Virus record (IMG/VR): IMGVR_UViG_3300025073_000036
Span: 1 to 64,000 of that record
DNA from: a virus
Reading direction: 5' to 3' (one strand)
DNA: 64,000 bases
Shown: one piece after another, positions 8,980 to 18,963 of the stretch
Layout: each line of letters opens with the position of its first letter
Numbering within the stretch: position 1 is the stretch's first letter
Notes under the pieces: generated by a model
What the model was told of the DNA's origin: nothing
What the model saw: the letters and a program-made list of their open reading frames with translations, nothing else
Databases searched by the model: none
Position numbers and translations under genes: made by a program

Positions 8980-9261
8980 ATGCGCCGCCTGAATCCCGCG
9001 CCTGTCTCGGCGCCGCCTGGCGACAGTTGGCAGCGACACACGTTGAGCGTCGAGACCGACGACCAACGCGTGTTCGTCATGCCCTGCACGGCAGCGTCAG
9101 ACGAAGACGGCGATTCCAAGGCGCGCATTGAATACAGCGGGGGCACCTACAACGGCCCCACCGACTTTACGACTTCGGGCACCACGCTGACGTGGGCCGG
9201 GACGATTCCCCTGGAGACGGGGGAGTCGCTGACACTCTGGATTGTGCCACAGAGCACGTAA
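8980..9261 (+). CDS. Small beta-rich virion protein
   Basis: ATG8980 follows the upstream stop; DFTTSGTTLTW motif typical of decoration domains. Confidence 0.55.
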   Translation: MRRLNPAPVSAPPGDSWQRHTLSVETDDQRVFVMPCTAASDEDGDSKARIEYSGGTYNGPTDFTTSGTTLTWAGTIPLETGESLTLWIVPQST

Positions 9262-9281
9262 CCGACGAGGAGAAGAGGAAC

Positions 9282-10685
9282 ATGGGGAAGATCAAGGCGA
9301 AGCAGATCGCGCTGAGCGCGGCATTCACCAACGGCTCCGGCGACGCGCTGGACCTCGCCGACGAGGGCGTTTCCAACGCCAAGCTTGCCGGCGGCATCAC
9401 CGCCGGCAAGCTGTCACAGTCGCTCCTGAACCAGATCGTGACGGGCCAGCGCCAGCGCGAGAGCGTGCTCGTGCTGGAGCAGCTCATCAGCGGCGGGATC
9501 AGCTCGGGCATCGCACCGGCCACGGTGATCTACGTGGACACGGCGCCGTCGGCCAACGACACGCTGATCATCAAGAACGCGGACCAGACGGAGACCTACA
9601 CCTTCAAGGCGAGCGAGGCCGCCGCTTTCGACGTGGAGATCGGCACCGCGGCCGAGACCGCCGCGTTCCTGGCGCAGGCCATCAACGACGACTCGGCGGG
9701 CTGGTCCGCCGTGGTCAAGGCTACGCTCGGGGACATCGGCAACCCCGTCGTGGTCATCTACCGCAAGACCGCCAGTGCGGCGGCAGACGACCGCGTCTAC
9801 AAGACCACGGGTGGTGGTCTCCGCCACATCGCCTTTGCGGACGGCCGCTACGACGCAACCGTGAGCAGCAGCGGCGTGATGACGGCCATCGACGCCGACA
9901 ATCTGACCACCCTGGGCGCGTCTGACCCCGGGACGCCGACCTTCGGATTCGGGCGAGCCATGGCGAGCCTGATCGATGGCGAACTCCGTTTCGCCATGGC
10001 GGGGGGTGCCAGCTACGTCTACGACGCCGACGCGAACCAGTGGGACAACGCCGGTGCCGCCGTCATCGGCGCCGGTGCGGTCGGCGTGGACGAGATCAGC
10101 ACGGCCATCGCCGGCCCCGGGCTGGCGGGCGGTGGCGGCGCCGCCCTGTCCGTCAACGTGGACGACACGGGCATCGAGATCAACGCGGACACCCTGCGCC
10201 TGAAGGACGGCGGCGTCGTGGCCGCCAAGCTCGGCGCCACGAGCGTCACCGCCGCCAAGCTCGGCAGCGACGTGGCCGGCAACGGCCTCACCGGCGGCAA
10301 CGCAAGCGCGCTCGCCGTGCTCGCCGCCAATACGTCGGTCAACGTGGCCGTCGGCGGAGTCAAGGCCGCCGTGCCCGTCAAGGACGACAAGGCGCTCGCC
10401 CCCACCGGCGCGATCACCACGGACGACGCCGACACCGGCCTCACCATCACGAAGACGCCGGCCGCCGGCTCCTACGTCAAGGTCAGCCTCAACGGCGTGG
10501 GCATCGAGGTGGGCGACGGCGTGAAGACCAAGGACGGCTATTTCACCGGCGACTCCGGCACGACGGCCCGCGCGATCTCCGCCGTCGTCGCCACCGACAA
10601 GTTCTTCTGGAATGCGGTCATTTCCGGGGTCAATCTCTCGACCAGCGATGAGTTCGACTTCGACTACCTCAACACCACCCCGTAA
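9282..10685 (+). CDS. Head fibre/decoration protein
   Basis: Ala/Gly/Thr-rich with GVSNAKL, GITAGKL, VVAAKLG, VTAAKLG repeats and AGxGLxGG segments. Confidence 0.7.
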   Translation: MGKIKAKQIALSAAFTNGSGDALDLADEGVSNAKLAGGITAGKLSQSLLNQIVTGQRQRESVLVLEQLISGGISSGIAPATVIYVDTAPSANDTLIIKNADQTETYTFKASEAAAFDVEIGTAAETAAFLAQAINDDSAGWSAVVKATLGDIGNPVVVIYRKTASAAADDRVYKTTGGGLRHIAFADGRYDATVSSSGVMTAIDADNLTTLGASDPGTPTFGFGRAMASLIDGELRFAMAGGASYVYDADANQWDNAGAAVIGAGAVGVDEISTAIAGPGLAGGGGAALSVNVDDTGIEINADTLRLKDGGVVAAKLGATSVTAAKLGSDVAGNGLTGGNASALAVLAANTSVNVAVGGVKAAVPVKDDKALAPTGAITTDDADTGLTITKTPAAGSYVKVSLNGVGIEVGDGVKTKDGYFTGDSGTTARAISAVVATDKFFWNAVISGVNLSTSDEFDFDYLNTTP

Positions 10686-10718
10686 GCCCGCCACCCCGGC
10701 GCGGCAGGAGGCTCCCCT

Positions 10719-11522
10719 TTGCCGCGCCTATCCCGCCTCGCGCCCGATCCTTTCTCGTTCCCTGGCCGCATCGTGAACGACTCGCAAACGTCGTGCAAAC
10801 CGGCGTCCCGTGTCCTGATCTCAAACGCGGATCTGGTGCGAGTTTTCGGCGTGGCCGGCCAGTGGAACGAGGCCACGCGCCAGGTGGACTACCAGCCTGG
10901 CACACCCGAGCCCGGGGCCATGCTGGATCTGGAGACCGCCCTGCGTGTCTTGATCGGAGAGCTGCGCCGGCTCGAACGCGACCGGGCCACCACGGCCCTA
11001 CTCCTGCGCTCCATCATGCACGGAGCCATCGCCGAGGGACTGCGGTTGCAGCCGGTGAAAGGGTCGCGGCAACTCTACATGAGCGGCGGCATAGCGATCC
11101 TGTTCGAGCGCGACGAGGCCGGCGGGTACGCCATCAACCGCTACACAATCCCGATCCTGAACCCTCTGAAGTTCTACGTCGCAGCGGGGGCAACCCTCAT
11201 CGACTCGCGCCTCTTCCACACCCTCCCCAGCGTGTGTGCGGGCGATGAGCCGGGCTTGAGTGTCGCTTGGCCGGCGAAGACATACCGGGTGGACACCCTG
11301 GCGCTCATCCCCAAGGGCGAGGATCCCGTGCCCGAGTGGTACGTGTTCTTGGGGCAGCCGACACAGGCTCGCACCGTGGAGGAGATCCAGGGCATTCCAA
11401 CCCCTGCGATTCCGGCCGAGTATTCGGGCGAGGTCCTGCCGCTCTACCGCATCGTGACCCGCCAGGGGGACAAGGGGATCTGGGGCAGCGAGCAGATCGC
11501 AAACCGAGTCAACGGCCTGTAA
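10719..11522 (+). CDS. Hypothetical structural-region protein
   Basis: TTG start with AGGAGG SD, 267 aa. Confidence 0.6.
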   Translation: MPRLSRLAPDPFSFPGRIVNDSQTSCKPASRVLISNADLVRVFGVAGQWNEATRQVDYQPGTPEPGAMLDLETALRVLIGELRRLERDRATTALLLRSIMHGAIAEGLRLQPVKGSRQLYMSGGIAILFERDEAGGYAINRYTIPILNPLKFYVAAGATLIDSRLFHTLPSVCAGDEPGLSVAWPAKTYRVDTLALIPKGEDPVPEWYVFLGQPTQARTVEEIQGIPTPAIPAEYSGEVLPLYRIVTRQGDKGIWGSEQIANRVNGL

Positions 11523-11545
11523 GCTGCCGCGTGGAGTGAGGTGAC

Positions 11546-12952
11546 ATGGACTACGTCGGCCGCCTGAATCAGCCTCTCGCAATCGGCCCCTGGCCGATCT
11601 TCGCCGCCGACGGTTTCACCACCGTGCCCGGCGAGGCCGAGGACACCGACTGGACGCTCTACCGCAACGGCGACGTGCACGCGGTCAATGGCGGCGTCAA
11701 CGACGAGCTCGTGGTCGTGGCCGAGCTGGACGCCAAGCCCGGCCGCTACAAGGCCACCTACACCCCGCGCGAGCCCGGGAACTACACGCTCGAGGTTCGC
11801 CACCCGGGGGCAAACGGCGGCGCGGCCGTGCACTTCGAGGCCGTGATCCGGGTGGACTCGGTCACGCTCACCGAGGTGGGCGGCTTTGCCGTCGTGCCGC
11901 TCGAGCGCGGCGTGGCCGCCGTGGGAAATCTCGTGGAGTTTCGGGTGCGGTTTGTCCTGCCGAGCGGCGACCCGTTCGACCCGTTCGAGCTGCGCAAGGT
12001 CGAGCTGCGCGATGCGGGCACGGACCGACTCGTGGCCACCGTCGGCGCCGCAGACATCGACGCCCTGGGCGCTGGCATCTACCGGGTGTTCACTCCCCTG
12101 GCCGTGGGCGCCTCGGTCACACTGCGCGACAGGTGGTACTTTCGAGGGTTCGACGGGCCGGAGGTCACAAGGGAGTTCACGCGGGTCGTGGCCGAGGCCG
12201 TCGCAGCCGGCGACCTGCTCGTGAGCATCGAGCGCCTGAAGCGCCAGGAGCTCGGCGGGGTCGACCTGCGTCACAACGACGGATCGCCGTTTTCCGATCA
12301 GGACTTCATCGAGAGCATCACCGAAGCCACCGACCGCCTGGCGGCCGAGCTGGACATCGTGCTCGTGCCCACCGCGATCACCGAGCGGCACGACTACCGC
12401 ATCGATCACTACATGGAGTTCGGCTGGTTCGAGCTCGACAAGGTGCCCCTGGCGGAGATCACGGCCGTGCGCGCCCGCTGGCCCAACGGCGACACGCTTT
12501 TCGAGATCCCGAAGGACTGGCTGGTCGTGCTCAACCCGAACTACGGGCAGTTCAACCTCGTCCCGCAATCGGGGCCGCTGCACACCGCGCTGGCGCAGAA
12601 CGCGCGCGGCATCGGCCTGATGATCCCGGGCATGAACAGCTATTGGCCGGGCCTCTTCGAGATCAGCTACCGCGCAGGTTTCGACGTGGGGAAGGTCCCG
12701 CCGCGAATCGGCAAGGCCATCGCGCTCACCGCCGCCATCGACAACCTGAACAAGGCGGGCGAGATGATCATCGGCTCCGGCATCGCCTCGCAGTCGATCA
12801 GCATTGGCGGTCTGTCGCAGTCGGTGTCGACCACGAGCTCGGCCACGAACGCCGGGCATGGGGCGCTCATCCTCGAGTACCGCAAGACGCTCAAAGAGAT
12901 GCTGCCCGCGATCCGCCGGCAGTATCACGGCGTCGGGATCGGGTGCGCCTGA
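11546..12952 (+). CDS. Head-tail adaptor (neck 1) with N-terminal Ig-like extension
   Basis: C-half has ELDI..ERHDY, WPGLFEISYRAGF, IIGSGIASQSISIGGLSQSVSTTSSA, typical of Twort-like adaptors. Confidence 0.8.
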   Translation: MDYVGRLNQPLAIGPWPIFAADGFTTVPGEAEDTDWTLYRNGDVHAVNGGVNDELVVVAELDAKPGRYKATYTPREPGNYTLEVRHPGANGGAAVHFEAVIRVDSVTLTEVGGFAVVPLERGVAAVGNLVEFRVRFVLPSGDPFDPFELRKVELRDAGTDRLVATVGAADIDALGAGIYRVFTPLAVGASVTLRDRWYFRGFDGPEVTREFTRVVAEAVAAGDLLVSIERLKRQELGGVDLRHNDGSPFSDQDFIESITEATDRLAAELDIVLVPTAITERHDYRIDHYMEFGWFELDKVPLAEITAVRARWPNGDTLFEIPKDWLVVLNPNYGQFNLVPQSGPLHTALAQNARGIGLMIPGMNSYWPGLFEISYRAGFDVGKVPPRIGKAIALTAAIDNLNKAGEMIIGSGIASQSISIGGLSQSVSTTSSATNAGHGALILEYRKTLKEMLPAIRRQYHGVGIGCA

Positions 12953-13824
12953 TGTCCGGGTGGAAGACCGATCAGAGCGGCAAGCCGGCCAGGGTGGCGC
13001 CGCCGTTCTACGGCAAAGAGCTCGGCGTCGACTTCGACCCCAATGACTTCGACAGGTCCATCCAAGAGCAGGGCGACCGGATCGCCTGGGAGCAAGCCGC
13101 GCGCTGCCCGTGTGCGGCCAACGACGACACCGGCCAGCCGGACCCGACCTGCGACACCTGCGGCGGAGCGGGGTGGGAGTATCACAGCCCGCTCGAAATC
13201 CGGGCCATCGTGGACCGTCTCGAGTATCACCTCGACCTGCTCGGCGGCAGCATCGGAGACTGGGTGTTCGGGGCTGCGATGTTCACGATGCAGCCGATCC
13301 ACCAGCCCAACTTTCGGGACAGGTTTCGCCTGATCGACAGCGTCGTCTCGCACAGCGAGGTCATCACCCGAGGCCTCGAGCAGCGCCCGGATCGTCTGGC
13401 GTTCCCGGTCAGCGGCCGCAGCGAGGCCGTGCTCGTGGGGGAGGGCGACGAGCAGGTGCGGCGCACCTTTACTTGGCGGGTGCTGCGCCTGCGCCTGATG
13501 AGCGAGACTCGGCAGCCCGGGCCGGTGCTGCGAGAGGGTGTTCACTTCGAGGTGGACACCGCCGGGCGCATCGACTGGACACGGGGCGACGCTCTCGGCC
13601 TGGCGCCAAGGCCTGCCCAGGACGCCAGACGGCCGGGCGGCCGATACGCCGTCACCTACCTGCACAACCCGTCATACCTCGTCCAGAATTGGCCCTACCC
13701 CATGCGGATCCTGCACACCAAACGCAAGGTGCCGGTGCCGCTGCACACGCCGGGACCGGTGTCGGCCATGGCGATGATGGAGGCCCGGCAGGACAAGCCG
13801 GGCGCGCAGACGCCCGATGGCTGA
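12952..13824 (+). CDS. Neck/head-closure protein
   Basis: DFD..IQEQG..WEQA..CPC...PDPTCDTCGGAGW; TGATG translational coupling. Confidence 0.78.
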   Translation: MSGWKTDQSGKPARVAPPFYGKELGVDFDPNDFDRSIQEQGDRIAWEQAARCPCAANDDTGQPDPTCDTCGGAGWEYHSPLEIRAIVDRLEYHLDLLGGSIGDWVFGAAMFTMQPIHQPNFRDRFRLIDSVVSHSEVITRGLEQRPDRLAFPVSGRSEAVLVGEGDEQVRRTFTWRVLRLRLMSETRQPGPVLREGVHFEVDTAGRIDWTRGDALGLAPRPAQDARRPGGRYAVTYLHNPSYLVQNWPYPMRILHTKRKVPVPLHTPGPVSAMAMMEARQDKPGAQTPDG

Positions 13825-14752
13825 GAACCTGCCCGAAGTCGGCGCCGTGCTCGACCTCGAGGGCTGGGGGCGCGAGAGCGTGCGCGTGCGCCTGGAAGGC
13901 CTACTCGACCTCGTGCGCGGCTTCCTGGTGGCCAAGGCCCGCAGCGAGCTCGGCAGCACGGCCAGCAAGTACGTGGAGGCCATCGGCGAGCCGGTGTTCT
14001 ACGAGCCTCGTCCGGGTGTGCTGGCCGCCTCGATCACGCTCGGCCAGGGGGCGGACGGGGGTGACGCCGGTCTCGCGCTGCTGCTGGAGAACGGCTGCGG
14101 CCCGTGGGATATGCGGCAGACCTTGCTCCCCGGGCGCAGCCCGAGCGGCCTGCAGGTCTCCGAGGACGGCTACTTCTACCGCTCGATCCCGTTTCGGCAC
14201 GGGGCGGCGGGCGGCGCGGCGCGCAACTTCCCCGCCATGGGGTCGCAGTTCACTCGCGAGGGCCAGCAGCGCATGAGCATGGCCCACCGGGGCGCCCTCG
14301 ACGCCGCCCACGCGCAGGCCATCGGTGAGCGTGTCCACGGGGCCGCGCGAGAGCTCGACCCGACGTTGTCCGGGCCAGGGAAGGGCAAGCAGTACGGCGG
14401 CCGCCTGGACGCTGGCTTGGCCCCCCTGCTGCGCCCGCGCCACGTCACGGACATCTTCGCCGGCATGATCCGAGAGACGAAGACCTACGAGCGCGCGACT
14501 CAGGACTCGTTCATGACGTTCCGCACGATCTCGCAGCGGCCGTCGACCTTCCGCTACGACACGAAGAGCCGGCGCGGCGCCGACCACCCGGGAGGTGTGT
14601 TCAACGTCATGGGCAACACGCAGGAACGCAACTGGACGCACCCGGGATTCGTCGCCCGGGGTTTCTTCCGCCAGGCGGAGGACTACGTGCAGGTCTTGCT
14701 CGACAGCGGCGAGAGCTTCGGCGAGCTGCCGCCCGGCGCGGGTGGCCCCTGA
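13817..14752 (+). CDS. Neck/tail-completion protein
   Basis: GYFYRSIPFRHG, FMTFRTIS, WTHPGFVARGFF motifs; synteny. Confidence 0.7.
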   Translation: MAENLPEVGAVLDLEGWGRESVRVRLEGLLDLVRGFLVAKARSELGSTASKYVEAIGEPVFYEPRPGVLAASITLGQGADGGDAGLALLLENGCGPWDMRQTLLPGRSPSGLQVSEDGYFYRSIPFRHGAAGGAARNFPAMGSQFTREGQQRMSMAHRGALDAAHAQAIGERVHGAARELDPTLSGPGKGKQYGGRLDAGLAPLLRPRHVTDIFAGMIRETKTYERATQDSFMTFRTISQRPSTFRYDTKSRRGADHPGGVFNVMGNTQERNWTHPGFVARGFFRQAEDYVQVLLDSGESFGELPPGAGGP

Positions 14753-15483
14753 TGGCCGGCCGCACTTCCGAGCGCCTGGACAAGGGCGCCAAGGCCCCGG
14801 GAGACGGCAGCGCCGACGGCTCCTACGCCTTCACCGAGCGCCTGATCACCGCCGCGCTGCACAACGGCCTCGCCCGCTTCGAGGAAGAGCCCCGGCACTG
14901 GGACTGGATGTTGCGTTTCCTCGACCGGCGCGAGCGCGAGGTCGTGCGCAGCCTGATGGCCAAACGCCCGCCGACGATCCGCTACGGCTACGCCCGGGAC
15001 ACCGACCGCTGGCCCATCATCGGCGTGGTGCTGGCCAGCGAGCAGGTGCATCCGCAGGGCGAGTATCTGGACAACGTCATGGGGGTCGAGGAAGTGGACT
15101 TCGGCGAGGACGGCGGCCTCGAGCTCGTCGAGTCCGAGGGCGAGATCCACGAGCAACGTCTCGACGTGACGCTCTACTCCGACCACCCGGACCTGACGCT
15201 GTACCTGTACCACTGGGCCAAGTACACGCTCGAGGCGCACCGGCGCTGGTTCTCGCGGTGGGTCATCAACCCATCGTTCATCGCCGGGGGCGAGATCGCG
15301 CCCGATCCGCGCTACCTGCCGGAGGCCTGCTACCTGCGGCGCGTGACGTGGTCGTTTGCGGGCAAGGCGAGTGTGATTTCCGCCATGCCAGATCCACCGA
15401 GAGAGCTATTCGCCATGGTGGAAGGTACGGTACAAAGCGGTCACGTTGGCCGTGTGACCGGTGTTCGTTCAGGAGGGGGTTGA
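14752..15483 (+). CDS. Putative tail terminator
   Basis: Immediately before the sheath; IRYGY...WPIIGVVLASE. Confidence 0.6.
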   Translation: MAGRTSERLDKGAKAPGDGSADGSYAFTERLITAALHNGLARFEEEPRHWDWMLRFLDRREREVVRSLMAKRPPTIRYGYARDTDRWPIIGVVLASEQVHPQGEYLDNVMGVEEVDFGEDGGLELVESEGEIHEQRLDVTLYSDHPDLTLYLYHWAKYTLEAHRRWFSRWVINPSFIAGGEIAPDPRYLPEACYLRRVTWSFAGKASVISAMPDPPRELFAMVEGTVQSGHVGRVTGVRSGGG

Positions 15484-15485
15484 CG

Positions 15486-17966
15486 GTGGCTGCGAGCTCG
15501 ATTCAGACCAAAAAGGGCCGGACCCGCGTTCCGGGTGTGTACTCCGAGACGATCCCGGTCGGCGTGCCGCTCGCGAGCCCCGGAATCAAGAGCCTCGTGC
15601 TCGTCGGCGACTGCGAGGGGGGCGAGCCGGGGGTGATGCACAAGCTCACCCGGCCCGATCAGGCCCGGGCGCGCTTCCGCTCCGGCGACTTGCTCGACGC
15701 CTGCCTGATGGCTTTCGACCCGGCGCGCGACGAGGGCATCCCCGGCCGGCCTACCCAGGTCTACGCCTACAAGCTCAACCCGGCCAAGGCGGCCACGGCC
15801 ACGCTCGGCAACCTGAGCGGGCCGGTGATGCGCCTCGACGCCCGGGACTGGGGCGACTTCACCAACCGCATCGGCTACGACGTGGCCCCGGGCACGAACC
15901 GGGGCACGAAGTTCGTCGTGCAGCTCGACGGCAAGGTGGAAAGCGCCGACGACATCGGCGGCACCGCCGCCTTCACCGCGCGCTACGACACGGCCGGTGA
16001 GGCCTCGTCGATGCTGCTCGTGAAAAACGACACCGGCCTGCGGCTCTCCTACGCCGCCCCGCTGGCGGCCGCTCCGGTGACCGCTGCGGCCCCTGGCGGG
16101 GCCGTCAAGGTCGTCTCCGCCTCCGCCTACGACGTGGGCCAGCGGGTGACCGTCTACGGCCTCACGGCGGGCAACGTGCCGGCCTCCGAGACCCTGACCC
16201 TCAACGGGGCCAGCGCGGTCACGGGCTCGACCGTCTGGACGGCCGTGACGGCCGTGGCCATCGACGCCGCGACGGCGGGTGTGATCTCGGTCAAGGACGC
16301 CTCCGACGACACCGTCATCGCCACCGTGGCGGCCACGCTCACGAACGGCGTGACCGGCCAGGTCAACGTGATCTCGGCCAACGCCGCCGACGTGGGGACC
16401 ATCACCCTCTACGGCACGAGCGCGGCCGGTAACCAGATCTCCGAGGTGCTGACCCTGAACGGCACGACCGCCGTGGTCAGCACGCTCGCCTACACCCGCC
16501 TCGTGGCCGCGCGTCTGACCGTGGCGGCCGCCGGGCAGGTGCAGGTACGACAGCAGGCGGACAACGCCGTCGGCTTCCAGCTCGCCGCTGGGACTCTCAC
16601 GGCCGGGATCAACGTCGGCAAGCACCGCTACCTGCCGAGCAAGCTGGCCTTCGACGGCACGATCACCGCGCAGCTCGGCGCTGCGCCGGCCGGCGCGCCG
16701 TTCGTGGTCATCCGGGGCACGAAGCGCAACGGGGACGCGGCGGCCGAGTACCTGGCGGTGACCGAGAACGAGGTCACGACGGCCAACGACTGGGTGGCGA
16801 TCTCGCAGGTCGAGCTCGGCATGCTCGAGGCGGCCTCGACGTTGACCCTGAGCGGGACGGCGGCCCAGTCGCCGGTGGCCAAGCGCCCGCTCCTGCGCGA
16901 CGCGGTGGCCTTCCTGGCCGGCCTGCCCGGCTTCGAGGCCGTCTCGCTCGTCGATGCGGCCTTCAAGGTGGCTGATCTCGACTCGGCCTCGAAACAGATC
17001 CGCTCGGCCGTGGCGGTCTCGTTCCTGGCCGACGGCTACGCCCTGGGCGCGTGGATCAACGCCAACAGCTCGCTCGTCAAGTCCACGCTGCTCGCCGGCT
17101 TCACGGGCGCGCCGTCGGCCACGCCGGCCCGCACCTACCTCCAGGGCGGCGAGAACGGCACGACCACCAACGCCCACTGGCGCGCGGCGATCTCGGCCGC
17201 CAAGAAACTGCTCGACGTGGTCATCGTGCCGCTCTCGGGCACGGCCAGCGTGCATAACCTGTGGGTCGGCCACCTGCGGGAGATGGACGGCGTCGACGAG
17301 CGGCAGATGTGGGTCGGGCTCGACGACAGCCTCACGAAGGATCAGGTCATCAGCGCGATCAACGCGCTGAACAACCGGCAGACCTGCTCGGTGGCCGAGA
17401 AGGCCGTGGTCTACGACGACAACGGCCTGCAGGTCACGAAACCGTCCTGGGCGGTGGCGACCCTGTGCGCGGCGGCGCAGTGCGGCTCGCCGCTTGCGAC
17501 GCCCCTGACCGACAAGCGCCTGAACCTCATCGACACCGTCGCGCACAGCTCGTGGAATCCGGTGGACGACATCGAAGAGATGATCGGCGCCGGCCTCGTG
17601 GTCGTGCAGGGGTCCACCGTGGTGCGCTCGGTGTCGAGCTACCGGGAGGACGACAACCCCTTCTTCAACGAGATGTCTACGGTCGAGTGCCTGGACAACT
17701 CGGCGAAGATGTGGCGGCGCAACCTTCGCCCGAAGATCGGCGACAAGAACTTCGACGGCGCGCGCTCCACGGTGAAGACGCTCTCCATCGCCGAGCTCGA
17801 GCGCCAGGTGCGCGACGGCGAGATCAAGTCGTTCAACGTGGACTCGGTCGAGATCGACGACATCGGCGACGGCTTCGACGGCGCCGCCGAGGTCGAGCCC
17901 ATCGAGCCCATCAACTTCATCCGGCTCAAGGCCTTCGCCATGCGCCTGAGCACCCGAATTCGGTAA
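15486..17966 (+). CDS. Contractile tail sheath protein with inserted repeat domains
   Basis: RVPGVYSE, LVGDCEGGEPG, FRSGDLLDA..AFDP, RDWGDFTN, C-terminal PIEPINFI; GTG start after GGAGGGG. Confidence 0.92.
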   Translation: MAASSIQTKKGRTRVPGVYSETIPVGVPLASPGIKSLVLVGDCEGGEPGVMHKLTRPDQARARFRSGDLLDACLMAFDPARDEGIPGRPTQVYAYKLNPAKAATATLGNLSGPVMRLDARDWGDFTNRIGYDVAPGTNRGTKFVVQLDGKVESADDIGGTAAFTARYDTAGEASSMLLVKNDTGLRLSYAAPLAAAPVTAAAPGGAVKVVSASAYDVGQRVTVYGLTAGNVPASETLTLNGASAVTGSTVWTAVTAVAIDAATAGVISVKDASDDTVIATVAATLTNGVTGQVNVISANAADVGTITLYGTSAAGNQISEVLTLNGTTAVVSTLAYTRLVAARLTVAAAGQVQVRQQADNAVGFQLAAGTLTAGINVGKHRYLPSKLAFDGTITAQLGAAPAGAPFVVIRGTKRNGDAAAEYLAVTENEVTTANDWVAISQVELGMLEAASTLTLSGTAAQSPVAKRPLLRDAVAFLAGLPGFEAVSLVDAAFKVADLDSASKQIRSAVAVSFLADGYALGAWINANSSLVKSTLLAGFTGAPSATPARTYLQGGENGTTTNAHWRAAISAAKKLLDVVIVPLSGTASVHNLWVGHLREMDGVDERQMWVGLDDSLTKDQVISAINALNNRQTCSVAEKAVVYDDNGLQVTKPSWAVATLCAAAQCGSPLATPLTDKRLNLIDTVAHSSWNPVDDIEEMIGAGLVVVQGSTVVRSVSSYREDDNPFFNEMSTVECLDNSAKMWRRNLRPKIGDKNFDGARSTVKTLSIAELERQVRDGEIKSFNVDSVEIDDIGDGFDGAAEVEPIEPINFIRLKAFAMRLSTRIR

Positions 17967-17978
17967 GGGGAGGGAACG

Positions 17979-18431
17979 ATGGCAGGCCAGCAAAACGCGA
18001 ACGCCGGTGTGCCGCGCGGCAAGGTCTTTCACGGCGCGCGCGGCTACTTGGTGATCGGCGGAAAGACCGTCGGTTACGTCACGAACGTCAGCGGGACCGA
18101 AAACCTCGAGCACCAACCGCTCGACGTGCTCGACAACCTCGAAACCGAGGAATTCGTGCCGGTGGCCTACACCGTGAACTTCACCTGTGGCCTCGTGAAG
18201 GTCATCGGGCGCAGCCTCAAGGCGGCCGGCATTCAGATCCCGCTCTCCCAGGTGCTTTCGCACGGCGGTCTGACGGTCGAGATCAAGGACCGGCCGGAGG
18301 ACAAGGCCATCTACGTGATCGAAGAGGCGAAGGCCACGTCCAAGAACTTCGGCGCCGCCAAACGGCAGCTCACGGTCGAGAACCTGAGTTTCGTGGCCAA
18401 GCGCCTGCGCGACGAGGCCGGCCTCGTCTGA
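17979..18431 (+). CDS. Tail tube protein
   Basis: 150 aa directly after the sheath; VFHGARG..IGGKTVG, EEFVPVAY. Confidence 0.85.
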   Translation: MAGQQNANAGVPRGKVFHGARGYLVIGGKTVGYVTNVSGTENLEHQPLDVLDNLETEEFVPVAYTVNFTCGLVKVIGRSLKAAGIQIPLSQVLSHGGLTVEIKDRPEDKAIYVIEEAKATSKNFGAAKRQLTVENLSFVAKRLRDEAGLV

Positions 18432-18434
18432 TCT

Positions 18435-18466
18435 CCTGACAACCTGACAACCGGACAACCGGAGGA
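18435..18466 (+). repeat. 8-nt tandem repeat CC(T/G)GACAA x3 merging into the SD
   Basis: cctgacaa cctgacaa ccggacaa ccggagga. Confidence 0.8.
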
Positions 18467-18477
18467 CATCGCCCCCC

Positions 18478-18963
18478 ATGCCCCCCGCCAGCACCAGCCG
18501 CAACGACGAGCTCGACCCGGAAACACTGCTCGCGCAGGTCGACGAAGGCCTCGAGAAAGCCACCGAGGACCCGGACGGTGAAAAGGATTTCGAGCCCGTC
18601 GAACGCCGCAAGACGATCCTCGTTCACTACCGATCCGCCGACGGCGAGGTCATCAAAGGCGCCTGCACCTTCGAGGTGCCGGACATCGGCGCCAAGTTGC
18701 GCATGGACCTGCTGCGGGCCAGATACCGGGGCGGCGTCCCGATGCTCGACCCGGACGGGGAAGCTCTCATCGAGATGCTGGCCTACCTCGAGGTCGGTTT
18801 CGGCGACCGGCGACCGCCTGCGCTGCGCGACCTGCGGCGCCTGCCTGATCCGGCGCTTCTCGGGGCGCTGTATGGGGAGGCGAAGCAGCATGAGGCCCGA
18901 TTTCGCAACGGCGGGCGCGATCTCCGCGCGAGCCCTGCACCTGTCGCGCAGCCTGGCGGGTAA
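18478..18963 (+). CDS. Tail assembly chaperone (G-like)
   Basis: Between tube and tape measure; overlapped by a downstream +1-frame ORF. Confidence 0.7.
   Translation: MPPASTSRNDELDPETLLAQVDEGLEKATEDPDGEKDFEPVERRKTILVHYRSADGEVIKGACTFEVPDIGAKLRMDLLRARYRGGVPMLDPDGEALIEMLAYLEVGFGDRRPPALRDLRRLPDPALLGALYGEAKQHEARFRNGGRDLRASPAPVAQPGG

Noticed and set aside
14595-15485. Apparent 297-aa N-terminal extension of the sheath in the ORF track
   Set aside because: It overlaps the tail terminator gene; the real start is GTG15486 with an SD. The same applies to the track starts at 12133, 22546, 24095, 36043 and 36306.
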